Of a stretch of 64,000 bases of DNA, positions 1-8,546 are shown piece by piece (position 1 is the first letter of the stretch; the number at the start of each line of letters is the position of its first letter). Source of the DNA: Acidobacteriota bacterium (GTDB lineage Bacteria > Acidobacteriota > CAIWXX01); the NCBI GenBank assembly GCA_040755995.1, contig JBFMAF010000010.1:320001-384000 (forward strand), read 5' to 3'. The translations under genes were made by a program, and so were the position numbers. The notes beneath the pieces were generated by a model. That model was given only the letters and a program-made list of their open reading frames with translations. It ran no database searches and was not told the origin of the DNA.

Positions 1-186
1 GGCTTCTCAGCGACGCCTGGAAACAACACCGTGAAATTCGGAAGATACAAGGCCGCCATCAAGAAGGCCTCGCAGACGAAACTCTCGGTGACGATCCCAA
101 CCAAGTGCAAGCGGGGAACGACCTACTCCGTTACGGTCACAGTCGGCGGGAAGACGAGCAATCCGTGGTCGTTCACTGTGGAATAG
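1..186 (+). CDS. 3' end of a probable secreted/surface protein with a Lys-rich IPT/TIG-like C-terminal domain (partial, not in ORF track)
   Basis: Frame 1 is open from the window edge: GFSATPGNNTVKFGRYKAAIKKASQTKLSVTIPTKCKRGTTYSVTVTVGGKTSNPWSFTVE*. Clearly homologous to the C-terminus of 14261..16414. Confidence 0.85.
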   Translation, partial: GFSATPGNNTVKFGRYKAAIKKASQTKLSVTIPTKCKRGTTYSVTVTVGGKTSNPWSFTVE

Positions 187-341
187 ATCTCGTTCTCCCG
201 GATTCCGGCCGTCGTCGGACCGCTGGTCTACGTGTTCGACGTGAGGGGAGACGCTCTCAGCATGACAGCGGCAGATTCTTCTGTGCTCAAGTACAAGCGA
301 GATGGACCCGAACACTCGGCCCCAGACAAGGAGGACAAACC

Positions 342-826
342 GTGAAGACGATCATGACAATCTTGGTGTCATTCTATTGGCTCCTGATCTCGGTTCCCGT
401 TGGGGCCCAGCCGGTTTCCCAGGCGAATGATCAGATCCAGATAGAGGCCCGCCCGGAGCTGGGAGACAAGTATTTCCCGCTGATCTTGCAAGTAGTACTC
501 AGCGGAGCCACGGGTGGTTCAGCGTGGCGGAGTACCCTAAGCACTACAGAGCCGAAGGAAGGAGAGTTCATAAGGCTGAATGGAGGGACGCCTCTTTGGC
601 TTGGGTTTCCAGACCCCTCCTTCCACAAGAACTCAGTATTGATATCGATCACAACACGGGGCAAATACGAGGCATGAAGGCAACGTGGCAGGGATATGAG
701 GCGGAGCACGTCTTCTTCGGAGACGTGCTGTTCCTCGATCATCAATTCCATAGCGACCCAGCGTTTCCACTGTCGTTCAGACTGACCACGGAGAAATGCG
801 ACTACGACGAATGTAGTAAAGCGTGA
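342..826 (+). pseudogene. Probable frameshifted/truncated secreted protein (342..677 plus a second frame ending at 826), or two small coupled ORFs
   Basis: AAGGAGG SD before GTG at 342; signal-peptide-like start (MKTIMTILVSFYWLLISVPVGAQ); stop at 677 overlaps ATG at 674 (ATGA) of a protein-like frame ending at 826. Confidence 0.4.
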
Positions 827-885
827 GCTCACGTCAGAACTCCTCTCCGAGGATCGGGTCTATACAGCTCCTCGTCAATAGAAAG

Positions 886-985
886 TGAACGTCCCCACCG
901 TCGTGGACGTCGCCGTGATCGTCCCTGTGGAGCACGGCGACGACGACCGCGACGTCAACTGCTACGTCAACGGCAACGGCAACAT
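886..985. repeat. Degenerate 6-bp tandem-repeat tract (GTGAAC/GTCGCC-type followed by its complement GACGAC/GTCAAC/GGCAAC)
   Basis: gtgaacgtcccc..gtggacgtcgccgtgatcgtc followed by cacggcgacgacgaccgcgacgtcaac..gtcaacggcaacggcaac. Confidence 0.6.
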
Positions 986-1082
986 TCAAGGTTGTCGGCT
1001 TAGTGAGACCGAGCAGACCGGGACAAACCCCACAAATTGTAGCCGCACCCGGTGAGGGGGCGAGGGGGCGAGGGCGACTCGA

Positions 1083-1111
1083 TTGACCGACAGACCGAGG
1101 CTCGGTATCAT
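1083..1111 (+). promoter_or_regulatory. sigma70-type promoter upstream of the kinase pair
   Basis: TTGACC-17 bp-TATCAT. Confidence 0.6.
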
Positions 1112-1305
1112 CGCCGCACAGGGGAGAGCGCGAGACGATGCGGATACTGGGCCGCGATGCCGCGCTGTTGGCGAGTGGAGCCATGAGGACGTTGCGAAGG
1201 TGAAAGCCTCGGAGAGGACTGTCGGTCGGGCCATGTCAGGCTTCACAGTATGCTGGACGGGACGAAACCGATCCCTCCGCCATACGATCCGATGAGGGGA
1301 CGCAC

Positions 1306-3303
1306 TTGAGGTCGCTCGATAATCTCTGCCCCGGCTGCTTTTCCGAGAAGGCGGCAGCGGTCGTCTGCCCGGGCTGCGGCTGCGACGAGTCGCTGACCCG
1401 CTCCAGGCTGTTTCTTCCATACAGGACTGTCCTTCACCGGCAGTATGTGATCGGCAGAGGGCTCGGCAATCCGGGCAGTTTCGGCATCACCTACCTGGCG
1501 TGGGATCTCCACCTCGACACGCCCGTGGCGGTCAAGGAATTCGCCCCGCGGGCGCTTGTCGAGCGCGGCGAGGATGGAGCCACGGTCCGACCCATCTCCG
1601 CCGTCGATGCCGAACGCTACCGCGAGGGGCTGCGGCTCTTTCTCCAGGAGGCGCGAGTCCTGGCCAGGCTGGATCACTCCAATGTCGTGCGGGTGCGAAC
1701 GTTCTTCGAGGAGAACAGCACGGCCTACATCGTGATGGACTACGTGCGCGGCGCCTCGCTCGCAGAGCGCCTGGCTCAATGCGGCGGACGCATGGAGCAA
1801 CGCCAGGCGCTGGGCATCCTTCTATCGGCCCTGGATGGGTTGGGCGAAGTCCATGCGAAGGGGTTTCTCCATCGGGATGTGAACCCGTGGAACATCTGTC
1901 TACGCCAGGACGGCGCACCAGTGCTGCTCGACTTCGGCGCGGCGCGGCAGTCGATGGGAGAGCAGACTGGAAGCCCGTCGGTCATATTCACACCGGGATT
2001 CGCTGCATTCGAACAGTACCACTCCAAGGGCACGGTCGGTCCGTGGACTGATGTCTATGGAGCCGCGGCGACACTCTACTATCTCCTCACCGGCATCACC
2101 CCGCCCGATGCCCTCGAACGGCACATGAACGACGAGCTCGCACCGCCCCTCAGAACTGATCCCCGGATTCCCGCCAGTCTCAGCCGTGTGATCGTCGAAT
2201 CCCTCTCGATGGACCAGAAAAGGAGACCGCAGTCGGCGACCGAGTTCGCCAGAATGCTCCGGCAGGCCATTCCCAGCGCCTCCAGCCTGGCGTCTCGCAA
2301 GGACCCGTCCAGTTCGACCGCCGGTCTCGACACAGCACGACCGCGGCACAGACTTGGACGGCGATCAATCACATTGTTGTTCTGCTCGGTGATGTTGGCA
2401 GGCGCTGCTGCCTACCTTGCGTATACCCGCTTCGCGGTTCGAGGCGGCCGGAATGCGCCGCGTGCATCGAATGCGCCGACCCAGAACCGGCCGGCCGGCG
2501 AGGGGCGCGACACCACGGCTCCTGCCCTCCACTCCGGCACAGCAGACACTGCAACGGCCCAGCATGTTGGCCGGCACAAGCCCGGTGACATCTGGATCGA
2601 CCCGGCAACCGGCACCACGCTGGCGTGGATACCCCCGGGCAGCTTCACAATGGGATCCAACGACTATCCTGACGAGAAGCCGGTGCACATGGTCACGATA
2701 CCCTACGGATTCTGGATGCAGACCACTGAGGTAACCCAGGGACAGTGGAAGAAGGCAATGGCCACCTCCCCCTGGCTGCTGTTTTCACTGGACTGGATGC
2801 TTCAGTCCGAGGACGCGCCGGCAGTTCAGGTGACATTCAACGATGCCATCCAGTATGCGAAGTGGCTGAACGCCCTGGGTGGGAAGGGATATCGCCTGCC
2901 GTCGGAGGCGGAATGGGAGTACGCTTGCCGCGCGGGGTCACTGGGAAGGTACTCGTTCGGAGATGACGAATCAATCCTGGGTCGATACGAATGGTACGAG
3001 GAGAACGCCGCGAGTGCCGGAGAGAAGTACGCGCACGTCGTGGGAGGCAAGCTGCCCAATGCCTGGGGCCTGTTCGACATGCATGGGAATGCCCTGGAGT
3101 GGTGCTCCGACTGGTATCACCCCAACTATGCCTCCGCGCCGGCCGACGGCAGTTCCTGGGATTCGCCGAAGACGAGCATGCGGGTGCTCCGGGGTGGCAG
3201 CGTCGCCAAGAGCGCTTCCAATTGCCGTGCGGCGAATCGAGGGTCCGAATGTCCTGAGGTTCGGCGCGCGATGATCGGGTTCCGCGTGGTCAGGGCTGAC
3301 TGA
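1306..3303 (+). CDS. Membrane Ser/Thr protein kinase with N-terminal Zn ribbon and C-terminal FGE-sulfatase (SUMF1/C-type lectin fold) domain
   Basis: CPGC..CPGC; GSFGITY, VAVKEF, HRDVNPWN, DFG; TM helix ITLLFCSVMLAGAAAYLAY; IPPGSFTMGS..RLPSEAEWEYACRAG..PNAWGLFDMHGN..RGGS..GFRVV; GAGGGG SD before TTG. Confidence 0.93.
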   Translation: MRSLDNLCPGCFSEKAAAVVCPGCGCDESLTRSRLFLPYRTVLHRQYVIGRGLGNPGSFGITYLAWDLHLDTPVAVKEFAPRALVERGEDGATVRPISAVDAERYREGLRLFLQEARVLARLDHSNVVRVRTFFEENSTAYIVMDYVRGASLAERLAQCGGRMEQRQALGILLSALDGLGEVHAKGFLHRDVNPWNICLRQDGAPVLLDFGAARQSMGEQTGSPSVIFTPGFAAFEQYHSKGTVGPWTDVYGAAATLYYLLTGITPPDALERHMNDELAPPLRTDPRIPASLSRVIVESLSMDQKRRPQSATEFARMLRQAIPSASSLASRKDPSSSTAGLDTARPRHRLGRRSITLLFCSVMLAGAAAYLAYTRFAVRGGRNAPRASNAPTQNRPAGEGRDTTAPALHSGTADTATAQHVGRHKPGDIWIDPATGTTLAWIPPGSFTMGSNDYPDEKPVHMVTIPYGFWMQTTEVTQGQWKKAMATSPWLLFSLDWMLQSEDAPAVQVTFNDAIQYAKWLNALGGKGYRLPSEAEWEYACRAGSLGRYSFGDDESILGRYEWYEENAASAGEKYAHVVGGKLPNAWGLFDMHGNALEWCSDWYHPNYASAPADGSSWDSPKTSMRVLRGGSVAKSASNCRAANRGSECPEVRRAMIGFRVVRAD

Positions 3304-3381
3304 CATGCCCCGCGGCAGATGGCTCGAAGAGGTGGCATGCGAGGATGAACCGCCAACAGACCCGAGTGGACGTTGACAGTC

Positions 3382-5394
3382 ATGAATTCCGACGAAGGCA
3401 TCCGAGCGGACCCGCTTGGTGACCTCTGTCCAGGTTGCTTCCGCAGCAAGGAACGCGCGGTTCCTGCCTGCGCAGCGTGCGGCTACGACGAGTCCGCGCC
3501 ACGCTACAGCCTCCTTCTTCCTTACAGAACGGTCCTGCACAAGCAGTACGTGGTCGGGCGGCTGCTGGGACAGCCCGGTGGGTTCGGCCTCACCTATCTC
3601 GCCTGGGACAGCAAGCTCGACGTGAGGGTCGCGATCAAGGAGTTCTTTCCTCGCGGCATCGCCGAGCGCATCGGCCATGTCACGACCCGGCGGGGCACGA
3701 CGGAGCAGGAGAGGGTCGTCTTTGGCAACGGACTGTCCCTTTTCCTGCAAGAGGCTCGCGCTCTGGCCAGCGTCGACCACCCCAACATAGTCAAGGTGCG
3801 GAACTTCTTCGAGGAGAACGACACGGGCTACATGGTGATGGACTATGTGGATGGCACTCCTCTTTCGGAGTGCCTTCGGCGCCGCGGGCGCCTGGAGGAA
3901 ACAGATGCCATCGGCACGATCACACCGGTTCTGCGCGCGCTGGGCGCCCTGCACGAACTGGGGCTGCTCCACCGCGACATCAAGCCGCAGAATCTCTGCA
4001 TCAGAAACGACGGGCAGCCTGTTCTGCTGGACTTCGGCTCAGCGCGTCTGGCATTTGTCGGGCTCAGCCGCAGCCTGACGGTCCTGTTCACTCCCGGTTT
4101 CGCGCCGTACGAACAGTACCTGCGCAGGGGCCGGCAAGGCCCCTACACAGACATCTATGCCGCTGCCGCGACGCTGTACAACATGCTCACCGGCCGGGTC
4201 CCTCCGGATGCAATCGAGCGCGAGGTTCGAGACGAGCTCATCCCGCCCGCGGAGATCGTGCCCGGACTGAGTATCCGCGTAAGCGATGCTGTAGTGAGGG
4301 CCCTATCCACGGATCCGTTGAAGCGCCCGCAGACCGCCCAGCAATTCCAGGCCATGCTGGCGGCGGAGCTTCCACCAGCTGATCACTCTTCCAACTCGAC
4401 GTCACGTCATGGCATAGCATCCAGCCGGCCGGCGACCATGCAGACCAGGAGGCTGCGTCGCATCAACAGACCCGCCGTGGTCATGTTGGCGGCTCTCGTC
4501 GCAGTGCTCGTATCGTCCGCGGTGTACCTCTACCGGACTGGGCGCTACACGCGTCCTGTGCAGGAGACGGGCCGGACGGCCGCCGCCACGGAGGCTTCGT
4601 CGAATGCGCAAGCCGATACTGACCGTCCGGGTCAGTCACAGAGTGATTCCGGCGGCAGGAGTCGGATCGATCCCACAACCGGGATCGAGCTGGCGTGGAT
4701 TCCGCCAGGAAGCTTCCTCATGGGCTCGAATCGATACGAAGACGAGAAGCCTGTTCACACGGTGACGATTGGCAGGGGATTCTGGATGCAGGTGACCGAG
4801 GTGACACAGCAGCAGTGGAGAGCCGTCATGGGAACTGAACCTTGGGCTACGCAGGGTGGGACTGTCGGCTACGTGAGGGCAGGCGATGACTACCCGGCGG
4901 CCTTCCTCGCGTGGAACGACGTGAAGTCATTCGTGGACGAGCTGAACAGGCGATCGGGCGGTGGATACCGTCTCCCCACGGAGGCCGAATGGGAGTACGC
5001 TTGCCGCGCGGGATCGTCGGCGGAGTACAGCTTCGGCGACGAGAACGGAAGACTGGCCGAGTACGCCTGGTACGAAGAGAACGCCGACAATGTCGGCGAG
5101 GAATACCCGCACAGGGTCGGCCTGAAGCGTCCCAATGCATGGGGACTCTACGACATGCACGGCAACATGTTCGAATGGTGTGAGGACACGTACCACGCCG
5201 GTTACGAAGGAGCTCCAGCAGATGGTCGAGCGTGGACCACACAGCCCGGCAGCCAGATCGTGGTTCGCGGAGGATGCTGGGCCTACAATGCGGCTGCGTG
5301 CATGTCGGCCAGCCGTGACGAGACATCAGCCCTGAGTTACGGGAGCCTCATCGGATTCCGCGTTGTGAAGGACGCGCAGGCAACGGCGCCCTGA
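3382..5394 (+). CDS. Paralogous membrane Ser/Thr kinase with FGE-sulfatase domain
   Basis: CPGC..CAAC; GGFGLTY, VAIKEF, HRDIKPQN, DFG; TM AVVMLAALVAVLVSSAVYLY; RLPTEAEWEYACRAG, GLYDMHGN, GFRVV. Start is 3373 (TTG) or 3382 (ATG). Confidence 0.93.
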   Translation: MNSDEGIRADPLGDLCPGCFRSKERAVPACAACGYDESAPRYSLLLPYRTVLHKQYVVGRLLGQPGGFGLTYLAWDSKLDVRVAIKEFFPRGIAERIGHVTTRRGTTEQERVVFGNGLSLFLQEARALASVDHPNIVKVRNFFEENDTGYMVMDYVDGTPLSECLRRRGRLEETDAIGTITPVLRALGALHELGLLHRDIKPQNLCIRNDGQPVLLDFGSARLAFVGLSRSLTVLFTPGFAPYEQYLRRGRQGPYTDIYAAAATLYNMLTGRVPPDAIEREVRDELIPPAEIVPGLSIRVSDAVVRALSTDPLKRPQTAQQFQAMLAAELPPADHSSNSTSRHGIASSRPATMQTRRLRRINRPAVVMLAALVAVLVSSAVYLYRTGRYTRPVQETGRTAAATEASSNAQADTDRPGQSQSDSGGRSRIDPTTGIELAWIPPGSFLMGSNRYEDEKPVHTVTIGRGFWMQVTEVTQQQWRAVMGTEPWATQGGTVGYVRAGDDYPAAFLAWNDVKSFVDELNRRSGGGYRLPTEAEWEYACRAGSSAEYSFGDENGRLAEYAWYEENADNVGEEYPHRVGLKRPNAWGLYDMHGNMFEWCEDTYHAGYEGAPADGRAWTTQPGSQIVVRGGCWAYNAAACMSASRDETSALSYGSLIGFRVVKDAQATAP

Positions 5395-5498
5395 ATCCGC
5401 AGCGCGTCGTCATAGGTGCGGCACGTAGGCTGGTTCACGATTCTGGAGCTGGGGTTCATTCGTGGAAACCCTGGCGCGAATCGATACGGAGATGATCC

Positions 5499-6374
5499 TC
5501 ATCCTCCGCTTGAATCGCGGGCATCATGAGTTGGAGTTGGATTGACAGACTGGAGTTCCTGTTGCATTCCGAAGAAGCGCCTCCTCATGGCGCCCACCAT
5601 GATCAAGGCTGCTACCCACAGTGCGACGGTGGAACAATTGGAAAGTAGTGCGTTGCCTTTCATGGACGGGGCTATGGCCGGGAAGATGATCTCGCTGTAT
5701 GTGTTGATCGAGGAATGAAACACCAATGCCGCAAGGAGACTGCCCTTCGTGCCGAGATACACCCCCGTGAACAGGAATGCGCAAGGGATGACGGTCAGAC
5801 CGAAATCCACGATCGATGCATCTTTCTGAGCAGCGCCTTCAAGGTATAGGAGTGGAAAGTGCCAGGCCGTCCAGATCAATCCTATCGTCACCGACGCGAT
5901 CACAGGGGTCATACTCTTGTGCAGAATCGGTTGAAGAACACCACGCCAGCCCGGCTCTTCTCCCAGCGGTCCACCCAGGATCAAGATGACGAGGAAATAC
6001 AGGAGAAACAAGAGGATGTGTTTCAATCCCGGCGTGTGAATGTCAGGTAGGGGATTGCCCATCAGGATGAAGATCCCTAGTGTAAGGATGGACACGAGCA
6101 CCATTCCGAAGAGACAGAACCCCCACCAGAACCAACCGATCCTGGCCGCGATCATCGACCGAAGGAGCACCCGGATCGATCCCTTCTCCCCCGCGAGAGT
6201 CAACATCAAGAGCGCTCCGACCAACGGCCCGAATGAGCCGATCCAGTTGGTGGGGAACTTGAAAGGAAGCATATTGTGCTGAGACAGAATCATCAGCGTC
6301 CACAACCCCCAGGAGAACCCGAAGGCTCCAACGAGGAACACGACAACCGGATGCTGACGAATCCACTGTTTCAC
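5499..6374 (-). CDS. CPBP/Abi (CAAX-like) intramembrane glutamic endopeptidase
   Basis: Multi-TM protein with GPLGEEPGWRG, WTAWHFP and HSSIN motifs; GTG start inferred. Confidence 0.9.
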   Translation of the reverse strand: MKQWIRQHPVVVFLVGAFGFSWGLWTLMILSQHNMLPFKFPTNWIGSFGPLVGALLMLTLAGEKGSIRVLLRSMIAARIGWFWWGFCLFGMVLVSILTLGIFILMGNPLPDIHTPGLKHILLFLLYFLVILILGGPLGEEPGWRGVLQPILHKSMTPVIASVTIGLIWTAWHFPLLYLEGAAQKDASIVDFGLTVIPCAFLFTGVYLGTKGSLLAALVFHSSINTYSEIIFPAIAPSMKGNALLSNCSTVALWVAALIMVGAMRRRFFGMQQELQSVNPTPTHDARDSSGG

Positions 6375-6672
6375 ACAATCACCTTCTCTTCCAACCACGA
6401 ATCGGTCAAGCCGGACATTTCAATCAGTCACTATACGATCAACAATAAGAAGAAGTTCTCGAGTCCGTGAAACAGCTCTTCTTCATCGCTACGCCGTTCC
6501 TGCCGGAGCATCATCCGGCGCTCGCCGTCAGTTCGCCTGCCGCAGTTCTGTGCCGGAGGGGAGTCGCTGCATATGGCGGCACAAACTGACTTCAGGCATC
6601 AGCGATGCTTCACGGTCTTCACGAATACACTTAGGGCCATCCAGCTCGTCGTCGTTGCGATTCTATTGCGCA

Positions 6673-8451
6673 TTACTCCGCCGTGGCATCTTCCTGAGGA
6701 GCAACGGCACCAGGGTTCCCCCCACTGGCTCCATGAGACGGCAAGAGTGACTTGGACCCGGCGTGCAGCGGAAGTACCGTCTGCTCGATGAGGCGTGTCT
6801 TCGCGGTCGTCGGGGATGCAGCTGAAGGCACGCCGCAGTCCACGATCTCGTAGAGCCCCACAGATATCTCGCCTCCGCTCGTCACACCGGACAAAAAGCT
6901 GTGGCACCTGTTCGGAGCGAGTATCGTGCTGGGAGTCCACGTGCCGTTGAAGCTGCCGGCGCAGGTGGTTGAGAGCGTCCAGTAGAGAGTCACCTTTCCC
7001 GGTGTCGCTTCAGCATAGCCTTCCCACGTGGCGGGTGTGCTGCCGTCTGTCTTGACCGAGCTTCTGCTCACACCGGCAACCGTCCCAGTGAACGTGGTTG
7101 AGCCGGAAGGGGTGCAGTAGACCGTGTTGTAGATGCCCCACTGGGTCATGCATTTCCCAGCTGAAGGCAGCGAGAGCGCCACGAGGCCGCCATCGTCCTC
7201 ACTCCCCCATGCGTAGATGGTGTCGTTCCCTATCGCGACCTGCGCGCTTTCGTGGACCTCCCTGCCGAGGTCGTACGAGAAGAGCAGCTTGCCCGTCGCC
7301 TCATTGAGCGCGTATACGTAAGTGCCGGCCTGGAAGTAGACGACGCCATTCGCGACCGAAGGGTTGCGAATCGTGGAGACTCCCGAGTAGCTCCAGATCT
7401 CCTTGCCGGTCTTCGCATCGAGCGCGTATAGAAGCGTGTCGGCAGGCACATAGACCCGCTTCCGTTTGGTGTTGCAGGCGAAGGCTCCGGTCATCGACCT
7501 GCCCCACAGGTCCGCTTTCCAGAGGATCTTCCGGGAACTCACTTTGTAGGCCGCTACGAGTCCCTTGCCCCAGTCTTCGTACTCGACAAGCAGGATGTCT
7601 CCACAGAGGCAATAGCGGTCTGGTTCCCAGTAGAGGCCCGTCGGGTCATCGTCTGGGGTGTCGTATGTGATTTCCACCTTCTTGCTCGACGCGTTCAGGC
7701 GCATCATGTGCTCAGGCCCGCTAGCGTCCTCGAGTTCCGCCCGCGCGAACAGCCAGTTCCCCTTCAAGAGGACGTACGGACCGGAAAAGCCGATGCCGTC
7801 GTTCTCCTTGCTCAGGTACCAAAGGACTTTGCCAGTGGACTTGCTCAGTGCATAGAGCCGGCCAGCCCCCTCGAAGAAGGTGTTCTCGACCACGTAGATG
7901 GTCTTCTTGGCTTCATCGACAGATGGAACGCAATTCGCGGCCTGGTTGCTCGAGAAATCGAAGACCGGCTGGGCCGTCCAGATCTGTTTCCCGTTGCGTC
8001 CGACAGCCGCCAGGCTCGTCGTCGTCATGTCGTTGATGAAGTAGAAGAGGACCCCGTCAAGAGAGAGCGCGGGCTGTGAGGCTTGCCAGAAGCTCGCGTC
8101 GCCATACTCCCAGTCGATGGTGCCGCAGCTATCAACCGCCAGGAGTGGATTTTCGGGAACTGTCGCGTATACGACGCCTTTGTAGTGGGCCGGTGAACCC
8201 TTCGAATCGAAGGCTGGCTTATCGTCGCAGAAAAGTCCCCACTTCCGCTTGAGCAGGCGCACGTTGGACGGGCTGATCTTCGTCTTGCCGGGGTAGAACG
8301 ACGTGTACTGGTCATCGTAGCCGAAGTGCGGCCAATCGACGGCATCGACAGGGAGAACGCCGAGAATAGCTGCAACGAACGGCGCTCCAACCCAGCGCAA
8401 CGCCGGTCGCAGGGACCGCGCCACCATTGCAGCCGCCCTGAAAAGAATCAT
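6673..8451 (-). CDS. Secreted PQQ-binding-like (BamB-type) beta-propeller protein with Cys-containing C-terminal domain
   Basis: Signal peptide; DWPHFGYD start; repeated LYALDAKTGKEIW / YALNEATGKLLF motifs; AGGAGG SD. Confidence 0.85.
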   Translation of the reverse strand: MILFRAAAMVARSLRPALRWVGAPFVAAILGVLPVDAVDWPHFGYDDQYTSFYPGKTKISPSNVRLLKRKWGLFCDDKPAFDSKGSPAHYKGVVYATVPENPLLAVDSCGTIDWEYGDASFWQASQPALSLDGVLFYFINDMTTTSLAAVGRNGKQIWTAQPVFDFSSNQAANCVPSVDEAKKTIYVVENTFFEGAGRLYALSKSTGKVLWYLSKENDGIGFSGPYVLLKGNWLFARAELEDASGPEHMMRLNASSKKVEITYDTPDDDPTGLYWEPDRYCLCGDILLVEYEDWGKGLVAAYKVSSRKILWKADLWGRSMTGAFACNTKRKRVYVPADTLLYALDAKTGKEIWSYSGVSTIRNPSVANGVVYFQAGTYVYALNEATGKLLFSYDLGREVHESAQVAIGNDTIYAWGSEDDGGLVALSLPSAGKCMTQWGIYNTVYCTPSGSTTFTGTVAGVSRSSVKTDGSTPATWEGYAEATPGKVTLYWTLSTTCAGSFNGTWTPSTILAPNRCHSFLSGVTSGGEISVGLYEIVDCGVPSAASPTTAKTRLIEQTVLPLHAGSKSLLPSHGASGGNPGAVAPQEDATAE

Positions 8452-8546
8452 CGCCTGCCTCCTCTCAGCCGATCGAGTGAATGTTCAGCGCCGATGAAGT
8501 GCCGGCGGGATAGTGGCATTGGCACATGACAAGCCGCCCGTGACGC

